The notes beneath the pieces are model-generated. The model was not told the origin of the DNA. It did no database searches and saw only the letters and a list, made by a program, of their open reading frames with translations. The position numbers were made by a program, and so were the translations under genes. 58,422 nt of DNA from a virus (lineage: Duplodnaviria; Caudoviricetes), in IMG/VR virus record IMGVR_UViG_3300021963_000148, positions 1 to 58,422 of that record. One strand, 5' to 3'. This document shows, piece by piece, positions 1-10,355 of this stretch. How positions within the stretch are numbered: position 1 is the first letter of the stretch; every line of letters begins with the position of its first letter.

Positions 1-3000
1 ACTACCCAGGACCTAAGATCTAGTTCGGGCGGCACAGCGTCGATCGTTGACCTAGCTGACTATTCAGACTTTGGTGCCGAAGTTCGCAGCATTGGTTCTG
101 CTTGTGTGTACGGTAACTACGGCGCATATGGAGATGGCGATGGGGTCATAGCATATCTCATCGGACAGAACCTAGCTTATATTGGTCTAGGTAAAGACAC
201 TGATAACGATCCCACATCAGTAATACAAGCTAATGAAATTGTACAACTTAATCGAGCAAAACTCTACTATTCATCTGTAGATGCTCGAGGAAATTTCCGT
301 ATAGGTGAATATTTTTCTGTTAATCAAGACACTGGCGAAGTAGTATTTTCAAACAGTAACTTAGCTGTTACTGGTAGTATTGTTTTAACAGACGGTGTAA
401 ACACTACAACAGTTCAAGCTACAGGTATTGAAACTGGAAATTTAAGAATATCAGGCAACACCATAGAAAGCACTATTAATGAAATTAATATAACGGCTTT
501 CAATAACGAAATTAATCTACAAAGTGACACATTTATCACAGGAAATCTTGATGTTACAGGCAATGTAACCATTGGCGGAAATATAACCATTGGTGATCAA
601 ACTACTGACACTGTAACAATTTCTGCTAGGGTTGACAGTGACATTGTTCCTAAAATTACCGATACATATAATTTAGGTTCTGATAGTCTGCGTTGGAAAG
701 AACTGTTTACAACCAAAGTTACCTTAGACAATATTGTCATTGACGACAACAGAATTTCTACTACAGTTTCAAATTCAGATTTAGAATTTGCTGCCAGCGG
801 CACAGGTCGTATATATGTTCCCGAAGACAATGTTTTATTAGATCAAAATTTAACAGTACTAGGAACAACAAATCTCAACGGTACAACTATAAATGGAAAT
901 GTTACACAGACTGGTAATCTAACACAGACTGGTAACACCACACAAACTGGTGATTACACTTTAAATGGGTTACTGACTGTTGATAGTCTATTGTTAGAAG
1001 GTATTGCTGTACAAGACAACAATATTAGAACTACTAATTCCAACAGCGACCTACAGTTACAAGCCAGCGGCACTGGTAACATTGTTGTTCCTACTAATGA
1101 TGTTGTTATTTCACAAGACTTAACTGTTCTTGGTGCTACAGTATTAAATCAATTACAATTAACAGGGTCAATTACTGCTCCGGAATTTGGCACAGGCGAC
1201 ATTGTTGTATCTGGAAACCTAATAAAAACAACACTAAGCAACAGTGATTTAGAATTGTCTGCTAATGGCACTGGTGTCGTGAACATCTCGTCAAACGATT
1301 TACAAGTTACTAACGACTTTATAGTGTTAGGCAGCACTACATTAGATGATACACAGATTGATGGTACATTAACACATACTGGAACTTTAAATCAAACCGG
1401 CGATACTAATCAAACCGGCAACTATACACTAACTGGTTCAATTGACATCAGCGAAGTTGCTCAGTTTAAAGATGTACGAATCAATGACAACACTGTTAGT
1501 ACTACACTAGGAACTGACCTAGTGTTAGATGCCAGCGGCGCTGGTAAAATTTCAATACCAAATAACAATGTACAGATAGATCAAAATCTAACAGTGCTAG
1601 GTGATCTTACAGCCTACAATATCAACACTATAGGTACAATGACTGCGCCTGTGTTAAGCAATGGCGATATTGAATTAGCTGGAAACTTAATTAGAACCAC
1701 AACCAGCAACAGTGATCTAGAACTACGTGCCAACGGCACAGGGCAAGTACTAGTTCCAACAAATAATGTACAGATAAACAACGATCTCACAGTTAATGGA
1801 ACTGCGTATCTTAACAATTCCACTGTAACTGGCACAATTACACAGGTTGGAAATTTTAATCAAACTGGTACATTTACACAGACTGGTAACTTTACACTTA
1901 ACGGAAATTTATCAGTAACTGGCGAAACACAATTCTATGACATTAACATAGACAACAATGTTATTACTACCACTATTGGTAACAATGACCTTATCTTAGA
2001 AGCAGCAGGCACAGGTAGAGTTTATATTCCTAGTGATAATGTTGTAGTTGAACAAAATCTCACAGTTACTGGAAATATAACTGCTAGCACATTAACCGTA
2101 AATCAAACATTAAACACTGATGCGTTCAGCGATGGCGACATAGTCATTGAAGGTAATTTAATACAGACTACTCTAAGTAACAGCAACTTAGAACTTAGAG
2201 CAAATGGCGCTGGCACGGTTTTAATTCCTAGCAATAATGTTACATTAGGTCAGAATCTAACAGTAACAAATGCTACAACACTAGCAACTACTAATCTTGT
2301 AGGAACACTAACACAAACTGGCAATACTATACAAACTGGAACTGTAAATCAAACTGGAGCTTACAACTTAACAGGTATATTAACAGTCACCGGCGCAGCA
2401 CAGTTTAAAGACATACGTGTTGACAACAATGTAATAACAACAACCATAGGTAACAATGATCTGTTGATACAGGCTGCTGGTTCAGGCAACGTATTCATAC
2501 CTAACAACGACGTGTTGATTACACAAAACTTGTCTGTTACAGGAAATACTACCACAGCAAATCTCACAGCCAGCGGAGAAATAGCAGCACCTACATTAAG
2601 AACTAGTGCTATTAGAATAAATGGCAATTTAATAGAAACCACAGTATCCAACGCTAATTTAGAATTACGTGCTAATGGTACCGGCGCTATTGAAATTGAA
2701 CAGGTATTTGTTAACCAAAGTACTATCAGCACTGAAAACAACGACGATCTAGTATTACAACCTAACGGAACTGGTATTGTAACTATAAATTCTACACAGA
2801 GTTTGAGACTGCCAGTAGGCACTGAGTTACAGCGACCAATTGGTCAAGCCGGTATGGTACGTTTTAATACAGATATTGGGGGGTATGAAGGATTTGATGG
2901 CACAAATTGGCGTAGATTAGACGGAGTATGGGATGTTGACAGAAACACATATATTACTGCTGAACTTACTCCAGGATCAAACGACAATATTATACGATTC

Positions 3001-3462
3001 TACAACAATGGTGCTTTAACAGCGTCATTGACAGCCAGCAGATTAGATGTACCAGAAGTACAAATTGACGATATTAACATCAGCGGCACTACAATATCGA
3101 CCACAGCACCTGATGCTGATATTGTATTTGCTCCAAATGGCACTGGATCTACAATTATTGGCAATTTTGCCTTTAGACAAAATACGATAACTAATACAGT
3201 AGCTGATAGTGTTACTTTTTTTAATCAAACAGGTCTTGGTTATTTTAAAATTTCAGGAACTACTGGATTTGTAATACCAAGCGGTGAAGACAGTCAGCGT
3301 GGCGCATTTGTAGACACAGGGATGATCCGCTTCAACACCACAGATAACCGTGTTGAGATCTACGACGGAACTCAGTGGATTTCAGCCGCAGGCGCAGGCG
3401 GTGGCGTAACAATAACAGAAGCAGAAGATATCGCGATTAGAAACGCACTTATTTTTGGATAA
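1..3462 (+). CDS. Repeat-rich tail fibre/virion structural protein, 5'-truncated
   Basis: The frame is open from base 1 (TTQDLRSSSGG...SACVYGNYG), so the true start lies upstream of the window. About 11 copies of IxxNxIxTTxSNSDLELxAxGTG. Two G(M)(V/I)RFNT...E(G/I)(F/Y)DGTxW motifs typical of phage fibres. SVDARGNFRIG motif shared with the next two giant ORFs. Confidence 0.75.
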   Translation, partial: TTQDLRSSSGGTASIVDLADYSDFGAEVRSIGSACVYGNYGAYGDGDGVIAYLIGQNLAYIGLGKDTDNDPTSVIQANEIVQLNRAKLYYSSVDARGNFRIGEYFSVNQDTGEVVFSNSNLAVTGSIVLTDGVNTTTVQATGIETGNLRISGNTIESTINEINITAFNNEINLQSDTFITGNLDVTGNVTIGGNITIGDQTTDTVTISARVDSDIVPKITDTYNLGSDSLRWKELFTTKVTLDNIVIDDNRISTTVSNSDLEFAASGTGRIYVPEDNVLLDQNLTVLGTTNLNGTTINGNVTQTGNLTQTGNTTQTGDYTLNGLLTVDSLLLEGIAVQDNNIRTTNSNSDLQLQASGTGNIVVPTNDVVISQDLTVLGATVLNQLQLTGSITAPEFGTGDIVVSGNLIKTTLSNSDLELSANGTGVVNISSNDLQVTNDFIVLGSTTLDDTQIDGTLTHTGTLNQTGDTNQTGNYTLTGSIDISEVAQFKDVRINDNTVSTTLGTDLVLDASGAGKISIPNNNVQIDQNLTVLGDLTAYNINTIGTMTAPVLSNGDIELAGNLIRTTTSNSDLELRANGTGQVLVPTNNVQINNDLTVNGTAYLNNSTVTGTITQVGNFNQTGTFTQTGNFTLNGNLSVTGETQFYDINIDNNVITTTIGNNDLILEAAGTGRVYIPSDNVVVEQNLTVTGNITASTLTVNQTLNTDAFSDGDIVIEGNLIQTTLSNSNLELRANGAGTVLIPSNNVTLGQNLTVTNATTLATTNLVGTLTQTGNTIQTGTVNQTGAYNLTGILTVTGAAQFKDIRVDNNVITTTIGNNDLLIQAAGSGNVFIPNNDVLITQNLSVTGNTTTANLTASGEIAAPTLRTSAIRINGNLIETTVSNANLELRANGTGAIEIEQVFVNQSTISTENNDDLVLQPNGTGIVTINSTQSLRLPVGTELQRPIGQAGMVRFNTDIGGYEGFDGTNWRRLDGVWDVDRNTYITAELTPGSNDNIIRFYNNGALTASLTASRLDVPEVQIDDINISGTTISTTAPDADIVFAPNGTGSTIIGNFAFRQNTITNTVADSVTFFNQTGLGYFKISGTTGFVIPSGEDSQRGAFVDTGMIRFNTTDNRVEIYDGTQWISAAGAGGGVTITEAEDIAIRNALIFG

Positions 3463-3467
3463 TACTC

Positions 3468-3797
3468 ATGGCAACATTTTTTAGAAACAAAATTGTAAAC
3501 GAACTAGGAACTACAAGAACTCGGTTAATTGAAACACAACCGGCTAGTCGTATCACAGTCATTGGATTTAGCCTTTGTAATTTAACCACAGCTACAGTAC
3601 GAGTTAGTGTGCTAATTGAAGATGCTAGTTCGGTTATGGGATATTATATAAAAGATATAACCTTGCCACCATATCAAAGTGCTCGTATTGTTAACGGCGG
3701 TGAAAAATTAGTTTTAGCAGAAAACAATGCTATCTATGCGGAATCAGATACAGATAATGCTGTTGATGTTGTTGTTAGTTACGTTGAGTTAGTATAA
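3468..3797 (+). CDS. Small virion-associated protein
   Basis: 109 aa beta-rich ORF, GGA upstream, tightly packed in the structural operon; resembles 16631..16951 (SLCN, KLVL/KILV). Confidence 0.6.
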   Translation: MATFFRNKIVNELGTTRTRLIETQPASRITVIGFSLCNLTTATVRVSVLIEDASSVMGYYIKDITLPPYQSARIVNGGEKLVLAENNAIYAESDTDNAVDVVVSYVELV

Positions 3798-3806
3798 GGA
3801 AAAATC

Positions 3807-4169
3807 ATGTCTACATATTATGTTGGTGATGTTAATTTACAAAATCTTTTAGGAGATGGAGTTCAGCGTTATTTTTATGGGTTAAGAAGAACCGATGATG
3901 GTGATCTTTATATGGGAAAATTAGATCAGTTAAGAGCCGACGATGTTATTACGGTTAATAACCCCGGCTCTACCGAAGACAATTACAACGATTTCGAACT
4001 AGGTATTGATTTTACCGAAGGTCGAGACGTAACACACCAGTTAGTATATGCTAATATCAAATATGAACAATATCGTTGGGACGGTAGAGATTTATTTTAC
4101 TATATCGACGATGACGGACAGCTAGTTATAAGAATTAATGAAAATTACACCTATCCAGCGGGTATATAA
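3807..4169 (+). CDS. Hypothetical virion-associated protein
   Basis: 120 aa ORF with AAGGA RBS; operon context. Confidence 0.6.
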   Translation: MSTYYVGDVNLQNLLGDGVQRYFYGLRRTDDGDLYMGKLDQLRADDVITVNNPGSTEDNYNDFELGIDFTEGRDVTHQLVYANIKYEQYRWDGRDLFYYIDDDGQLVIRINENYTYPAGI

Positions 4170-4172
4170 ATA
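4165..4172 (+). promoter_or_regulatory. T4-type late promoter TATAAATA
   Basis: Exact T4 gp55 late consensus 22 nt upstream of the 4195 ATG. Confidence 0.7.
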
Positions 4173-4194
4173 TTTGGAATTTAAGAGATAAACA

Positions 4195-7100
4195 ATGGCC
4201 GAATTTAAAATAAGTAGAATAAAATTTACCTGGTTAGGTGAATGGGTACCTAGTTTTAACTATGTCAAAGATGATATTGTTAGATACGGAGCAAAGTCCT
4301 ATGCGTGTTTACACGGACACACATCGTCACCAAATTTTTACACTGATTTAGAAAAACAAGATACAACTACAGTTCCAATTACTGCTGATCCTCAGTGGCA
4401 ATTGATGTTTGACGGGTATGAATGGCAAGGCGATTGGATTCCTAATAATTTCTATAATCTTGGCGATTTAGTAAAATATCGCGGTATAGTTTACATCTGT
4501 ATTGAAAGACACACCTCTTTAAGCAGCACAGTCGGTATTGAAGGAAGCATTGTTAAATGGGCACCTTATGCCAAGTCCGAAGAATGGACCGGCGATTGGA
4601 CTCCAAACACCAAATATTCAATCAATGATATTGTAAAGTGGGGCGGAATTGTTTATCGCTGTGTATTTGCTCATATTAGTGCCTCGCTATCATCCGGCCT
4701 TGAACAAAACCAAGGATCTTGGGAAGTTGTAGTTCCTTCTGAGCAATGGAAAGGCAATTGGACAGTTGACACACAATACAAAGTCAACGACATAGTAAAA
4801 TACGGAGGCATTGTTTATCGTTGTAGCATTGCTCACACATCTTCTACAACTGTCGATAATGGACTTGAAATTGATTTAGATTTGCTTGATAGCACATTAA
4901 GTAAATGGGAAATTGTTCAAGAGGGCATTGAATATCTAGGCAATTGGATTCCTGAAATTACAGGAGTTACACCTTCACCCGGGTATAGATATAAATTAAA
5001 TGATGTGGTAAAATGGGGCGCAGGTATTTGGATTTGTTCTGAAGGTCATACGTCAGAAGATACGTTCGATCTTACAAAATGGATTATCTACGTACCAGGA
5101 TTTGAGTATGATAATACTTGGGAGTCTACAACAATATATCAAAAAGGTGATGTAGTTAAGTATGGTGGTTATTCATATTATGCTATTCGAAATAACACAA
5201 ACTCAGTACCATCGACTGCACTTGGCGACAGTACGTTAGACAATTGGGAATTATTAACCAAAGGATTTAAAATACAAGGCGAATGGGCACCTGCTATTGT
5301 TTACAGAGTAGGCGATGTTCTACGTCGCAGTGGTCAATTATATGTTGCGGTCCAAGACACTGCTACAGACCCTAACGATGATTCTATTAATTGGGAATTA
5401 ATTATTCCTGGCGAAAAATGGCAAACTCGCTGGCAGTCTGGTGCTAATTATGTTATTGGAGATATGTTAACTTTTCAAAGTAACACATATCGATGTTTAG
5501 TCAAACATACTTCTAATTTAGCAACAAGACCTGATGTTGATGCTGGCGGACTATGGGCGTTAGTCAACGAAGGTGATGAATTTAATTCTCTAAGAGAGCA
5601 AGGCGATTTAAAATTTTATGGAGTAACTGAGGACGGATCAAGTATTGGAAACACTAATCTTCCAATTGGTATTGATGGTCAGGCCTTACAGGTAACTTCA
5701 TCTAACGAACCGGATTGGGCTTCATTCCAGTTAGTAGAAAAAGTATATTACGTAAGTCTTGACGGTGTTGATCAACCAAACTACGGCACAACAATCAATG
5801 CTCCTTGGCGTACGGTCAAATATGCCTGTGACAGTATAATAGGACCAGCTACTATTTTCATTAAAGTTGGTGTATATTCTGAACAATTACCAATTAAAGT
5901 ACCTAGAGACGTTGCCCTTGTTGGTGAAGAATTACGTAGTACAATAATTGAGCCAGCGCAAGGATATGCGTTGTCTAATATGTTCTATGTTAACAACGGA
6001 ACAGGTATACGAAATATGACGTTGCGTGGATTAAACGGAACACTGGGACCATTTAATCAATATCTAACTCGACGACCAACTGCTGGTGCGTATGTTTCTT
6101 TAGATCCAGGTCTAGGGCCTGACGATACTTCGGTGTGGATTATTAACAAATCATGTTACGTTCAAAACGTAACAACATTTGGTAACGGATGTACAGGTCT
6201 TAAAATAGATGGAGCCATACATCATGGCGGAAACAGATCAATTGTTGCCAACGATTTTACACAGGTATTGTCGGATGGCATTGGCGTGTGGTGTACAAAC
6301 AAAGGGTTAACTGAGCTTGTTTCCGTATTCTCATACTATGGACATATTGGTTACCTAGCAGAAAATGGCGGAAAAATTCGTGCTACTAACGGTAACAGCT
6401 CATATGGCACTTACGGTTGCGTTGCTGAAGGGGTTGCTGAAGATGAATTACCTATTAGCGGAGTTATTAATAACGAAACGCAAGAAGCACAAATTCGAGC
6501 TGCGTTTTCAGGTGAAGCCAATGATGAAATATTAAAATTAGAATTTTCAAATGCTGGCCAGAACTATACTTCTGCTAATTTTGCCTTTACTGGATCAGGA
6601 GTCAATGCTCAAGTAATTGGCGACGAAATTAGAGATAACGCAATTTTTGAAGCAAGGATTTTAGATCCTGTTGATTCTACTGGCAGTGTTGGAGGCGGTG
6701 GCTACATATCAACAGGTAACAATGCTCAAGCAGGTGATCCTTGGTCTGTAACGATTGCCACAGGTGATCAGAATGATATCACTACATATTACGGTTGTAG
6801 AATTATACTTCAAAGTGGTACTGGAACTGGTCAATATGGTAAAGTTGTTGCCTACGACACTGTGTCTAAAATCATAAGTGTAGCTAGCGAACACTTTCAA
6901 ACTATTACTTCTACAGCTACAAGTGTAACAAACAATTTAATATCTGCCGACACATCGTCATTGTATGTTGGTATGCCTGTGTATCTTAGTTATGAAACTA
7001 TAAACGTTGTTATTACTGCTACTTCTGTAGGAACCAATCGTGTAACATTAAACAGCAATGCTGGTCTTGTTGTAGGAATGCCTATAGAATTTGAAGGCCC

Positions 7101-10100
7101 AATAGGTGTAATTTCAGGAGCCACAGTATATTATGTTCAGTCAATTATACCAGGCGGCACACAAATTACAATAAGCACAACTAACGGAGGTGGTGTTCTT
7201 TCTTTAACTAATGCTACTGCTACAATTAACGGTGTTGCTGGCGGAATGTTAGGAGGGTTAACTGCTGGTCAATTGTATTATGTAATAGCAGCTAACTTTT
7301 CATCTACACAATTTGCTGTTAGTACAGCACCTGGCGGTACAGCAGTTACATTAACTACCCAAATAGGATTAATGTATATTGATCGAGCAGGATGGAGTCA
7401 TGTCAATGCTGGCACTACAAATATTGCCTTATTAGACACAACATCAGTATATCGTATAGAACCTCGCCCAACATTTAGTTTGCCACCTTACTCTGAAGTG
7501 GGACTAACAGTAGCAGGTACGGGACTAACTTGGGCCGATGCTGTGTATGGATCAGACAAGTGGGTGTTATTATCGCAATCTGGAACTGTGCTAACATATG
7601 ATGGCAGCAATTTTTCAACAGTTACTTTACCAACACCAGCTGGCGGAGTTTACTCATCAATAAGCTACGGTGGCGGCAAGTTTGTAGCTATTGCCACTAA
7701 CGTAGATAGCGTAGGTAATCCAGCAACAACAGCGTACTCAGCTAATGGGTCTAGTTGGACAGGCGGTACAATGCCTGGTACAACTACAAATTGGATTGAC
7801 ATCACATACGGTGGCGGCAAGTTTGTAGCAGTATCAGCAACATCAGGAACTACGGCTGCGTATAGTTTAGATGGTATATCTTGGTCAAGCGCATCTTTAC
7901 CGTCTTCTGGAATTTGGGCATCAGTGGCGTATGGTGCTGGAAAATTTGTAGCAATTAGAACTACTAGTTCAGTGGCCGCATACAGTTCAGATGGAATTGC
8001 TTGGAGTTCGTCAACTTTACCAGCATCGGCTACGTGGACTTCTGTGACTTTTGGCAATGGTAGATTTGTTGCTGTTGCTTCTGGTGGTACTAGATCCGCT
8101 ATTAGTTTTAACGGGATTGATTGGAGTGAATCAATACTACCAGTATCAACTAATTGGTCTAAGGTGTCCTATGGCCAAGGTCAATTCTTGGCAATATCGT
8201 CGTCTACTACTGCTACTGTGGCATTTTCAGATGATGGTTATTATTGGGAAGCCAAAACAGTGTCAGGCAACATTGGAAGAAACGCAGTAGCGTTTGGAAA
8301 CCCTAATAATATTGGAAGATGGATAACATTGCCAATTAACGGTAACAGCGCAAACAGTATAACATATGGTTCAGCAGCCCGCGGCCGTGTTGAAGTCAAC
8401 GGCGGCAGAATATCGTTAGTAAAATTATGGGATCCGGGTAGCGGTTATATAGGAACAGAACCAACATTAACATTAACAGATCCTAATATAACATCATCAG
8501 CAAACTTTGAATGTCGATTGGCTACAGGTGTGCTTGGAAATCCAACATTTATTAATCGAGGCATTGGATACAAGACTTCTACTACAATAGTAACTGTGTC
8601 GGGTGATGGCTTTGCCAACATATTACCAGTTGGGCAAAATCTAATTCTTGATAATGTTACTAGAATTCCAAGAACTGGCGCAAACCTTACACTAGATCTT
8701 ATATCTTGGGAAACCAGCAATATGCCTTCAAGTAACTTGTGGTCTAGTGTTACTTACGGAGATAAATTTGTTGCGGTGGCCGGAGCAACAGGAACACCAA
8801 CAACTAGCGCAGCATATTCTACTAATGGATCGTCGTGGTTTTCGTCAACCTTGCCAGCATCAGCAGCATGGTGCGGTGTAGCATATGGTAACGGATATTA
8901 TGTAGCAATAGCGTCCGCGTCAACTGAAGCAGCATATTCCGCAAATGGAATAAGTTGGAATTCAGCAGCATTGCCAGCAGGAAGAAATTGGAAATCAGTA
9001 ATTTTTGGCAATGGTGTATTTGTTGCGATTGCTACAGGAACTAATAAAGCAGCATACAGTGTAGATGGACAAAATTGGTTAGAATCAAATATGCCTGCTA
9101 CTGCGGATTGGACTGGCATTGGGTTTGGCAATGGTCTGTTTATGGCGGTTGCCTCTGGTGGTACAATCGCGGCAACATCAAGTAACGGTATTAACTGGAA
9201 CGGCAAAGCATTACCTAGTACAAATTCTTGGAGCTTGGTATCATTCTATGCTGGTCAATTTATAGCGGTAGCAACAGGATCAGACAAACTTGCCTACACC
9301 ACAGACGACGGTACTTCGTGGAATGAAATAACATTGCCAACTAGTGCTACTTGGTCCGCGTTAACACACGCAAACGGAAAATATCTTTTAGCCAGCAGTA
9401 TTGGAGACTTTATAACATCTACTGACGGGTTAACTTGGAAAACTCGATCGATTGAGTTGTTATCAGTAAAATCATTTGCTGCCGGAGCAAACGTATTTGT
9501 AGCAGTAGGAACAGGGCCGTTGTCAGCAGTAGCACCTGACGGTTCTACTGATATTGTTTATAGAGTTTTAACTATTTCATTACTCAGTGGAACGCCGCCA
9601 ACAGCAAGAGTTGCTATACGAGTAAGTCCAGCATTTACAAGAACAAATGCGCCGATCACTGGAGTTGATGTAGTTATACGAGAAAAATATAGTCAAGTGC
9701 GATTAACTGGTCACGATTTCTTAGAAATTGGTACTGGAAATTTTGTTGATACAAACTATCCTTTAACCTCAGTTAATAATTTCCAACCAGATAAAGAAGT
9801 ATACTATCGTGGTGGCGGTCGTGTATTTTACACAAGTACTGACCAAGACGGTAACTTCAGAGTTGGTGAATTATTTGCGGTTGAACAAGCAACAGGTGTT
9901 ATTACAATTAGTGCTGATTATTTCGACTTAAGCGGATTATCAGAAATTAGATTAGGCGGTATTAGGGTAGGCGGTACAGGTGTAGTTATTCGAGAATTTT
10001 CAACAGATGCTACATTTACCGCAGATTCAAACAATATAGTACCAACACAAAAAGCAATTAAAGCCTATATTGGCCGACGTATTTCGGGCGGTGGATCAGA

Positions 10101-10302
10101 TGCTGCAACAGGTAGACTTATTGCTGGTACAGTATCTATTGGGCCTGACAGTATTGGAAATACCACAGGTATTAGGAATCAAATGACAGTGCCAGTGCTG
10201 TTTAAAAAGGGACAGGGCGGTTATATGACCGCTTGGAGCATGTTTGCAGACAGCTTTAATTCGCAGTTAGATTGGCAGGAAGTGGGTAGAGATTTAGGAT
10301 AA
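4195..10302 (+). CDS. Giant virion/tail protein: CBM5/12-like W-x4-Y-x2-(G/N)D-x-V repeats, beta-helix-like core, two BNR-like propeller blocks
   Basis: N-terminal WxxxxxYxxNDIVKYGGxVYxC repeats; YYVSLDG...PWRTVKYAC...IFIKVGVYSE; repeated W.SV.YG.GKFVA...AYS.DG.SW units; C-terminal STDQDGNFRVG and VPTQKAIKAY. Confidence 0.75.
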   Translation: MAEFKISRIKFTWLGEWVPSFNYVKDDIVRYGAKSYACLHGHTSSPNFYTDLEKQDTTTVPITADPQWQLMFDGYEWQGDWIPNNFYNLGDLVKYRGIVYICIERHTSLSSTVGIEGSIVKWAPYAKSEEWTGDWTPNTKYSINDIVKWGGIVYRCVFAHISASLSSGLEQNQGSWEVVVPSEQWKGNWTVDTQYKVNDIVKYGGIVYRCSIAHTSSTTVDNGLEIDLDLLDSTLSKWEIVQEGIEYLGNWIPEITGVTPSPGYRYKLNDVVKWGAGIWICSEGHTSEDTFDLTKWIIYVPGFEYDNTWESTTIYQKGDVVKYGGYSYYAIRNNTNSVPSTALGDSTLDNWELLTKGFKIQGEWAPAIVYRVGDVLRRSGQLYVAVQDTATDPNDDSINWELIIPGEKWQTRWQSGANYVIGDMLTFQSNTYRCLVKHTSNLATRPDVDAGGLWALVNEGDEFNSLREQGDLKFYGVTEDGSSIGNTNLPIGIDGQALQVTSSNEPDWASFQLVEKVYYVSLDGVDQPNYGTTINAPWRTVKYACDSIIGPATIFIKVGVYSEQLPIKVPRDVALVGEELRSTIIEPAQGYALSNMFYVNNGTGIRNMTLRGLNGTLGPFNQYLTRRPTAGAYVSLDPGLGPDDTSVWIINKSCYVQNVTTFGNGCTGLKIDGAIHHGGNRSIVANDFTQVLSDGIGVWCTNKGLTELVSVFSYYGHIGYLAENGGKIRATNGNSSYGTYGCVAEGVAEDELPISGVINNETQEAQIRAAFSGEANDEILKLEFSNAGQNYTSANFAFTGSGVNAQVIGDEIRDNAIFEARILDPVDSTGSVGGGGYISTGNNAQAGDPWSVTIATGDQNDITTYYGCRIILQSGTGTGQYGKVVAYDTVSKIISVASEHFQTITSTATSVTNNLISADTSSLYVGMPVYLSYETINVVITATSVGTNRVTLNSNAGLVVGMPIEFEGPIGVISGATVYYVQSIIPGGTQITISTTNGGGVLSLTNATATINGVAGGMLGGLTAGQLYYVIAANFSSTQFAVSTAPGGTAVTLTTQIGLMYIDRAGWSHVNAGTTNIALLDTTSVYRIEPRPTFSLPPYSEVGLTVAGTGLTWADAVYGSDKWVLLSQSGTVLTYDGSNFSTVTLPTPAGGVYSSISYGGGKFVAIATNVDSVGNPATTAYSANGSSWTGGTMPGTTTNWIDITYGGGKFVAVSATSGTTAAYSLDGISWSSASLPSSGIWASVAYGAGKFVAIRTTSSVAAYSSDGIAWSSSTLPASATWTSVTFGNGRFVAVASGGTRSAISFNGIDWSESILPVSTNWSKVSYGQGQFLAISSSTTATVAFSDDGYYWEAKTVSGNIGRNAVAFGNPNNIGRWITLPINGNSANSITYGSAARGRVEVNGGRISLVKLWDPGSGYIGTEPTLTLTDPNITSSANFECRLATGVLGNPTFINRGIGYKTSTTIVTVSGDGFANILPVGQNLILDNVTRIPRTGANLTLDLISWETSNMPSSNLWSSVTYGDKFVAVAGATGTPTTSAAYSTNGSSWFSSTLPASAAWCGVAYGNGYYVAIASASTEAAYSANGISWNSAALPAGRNWKSVIFGNGVFVAIATGTNKAAYSVDGQNWLESNMPATADWTGIGFGNGLFMAVASGGTIAATSSNGINWNGKALPSTNSWSLVSFYAGQFIAVATGSDKLAYTTDDGTSWNEITLPTSATWSALTHANGKYLLASSIGDFITSTDGLTWKTRSIELLSVKSFAAGANVFVAVGTGPLSAVAPDGSTDIVYRVLTISLLSGTPPTARVAIRVSPAFTRTNAPITGVDVVIREKYSQVRLTGHDFLEIGTGNFVDTNYPLTSVNNFQPDKEVYYRGGGRVFYTSTDQDGNFRVGELFAVEQATGVITISADYFDLSGLSEIRLGGIRVGGTGVVIREFSTDATFTADSNNIVPTQKAIKAYIGRRISGGGSDAATGRLIAGTVSIGPDSIGNTTGIRNQMTVPVLFKKGQGGYMTAWSMFADSFNSQLDWQEVGRDLG

Positions 10303-10321
10303 AGGGCAGTTTTAGGGTATG

Positions 10322-10329
10322 GATAAATA
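10322..10329 (+). promoter_or_regulatory. Late promoter-like GATAAATA
   Basis: TAAATA core in the intergenic gap upstream of the GGAG RBS of the next ORF. Confidence 0.55.
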
Positions 10330-10355
10330 TACTAACATCATAAGCGGAGTGATTG

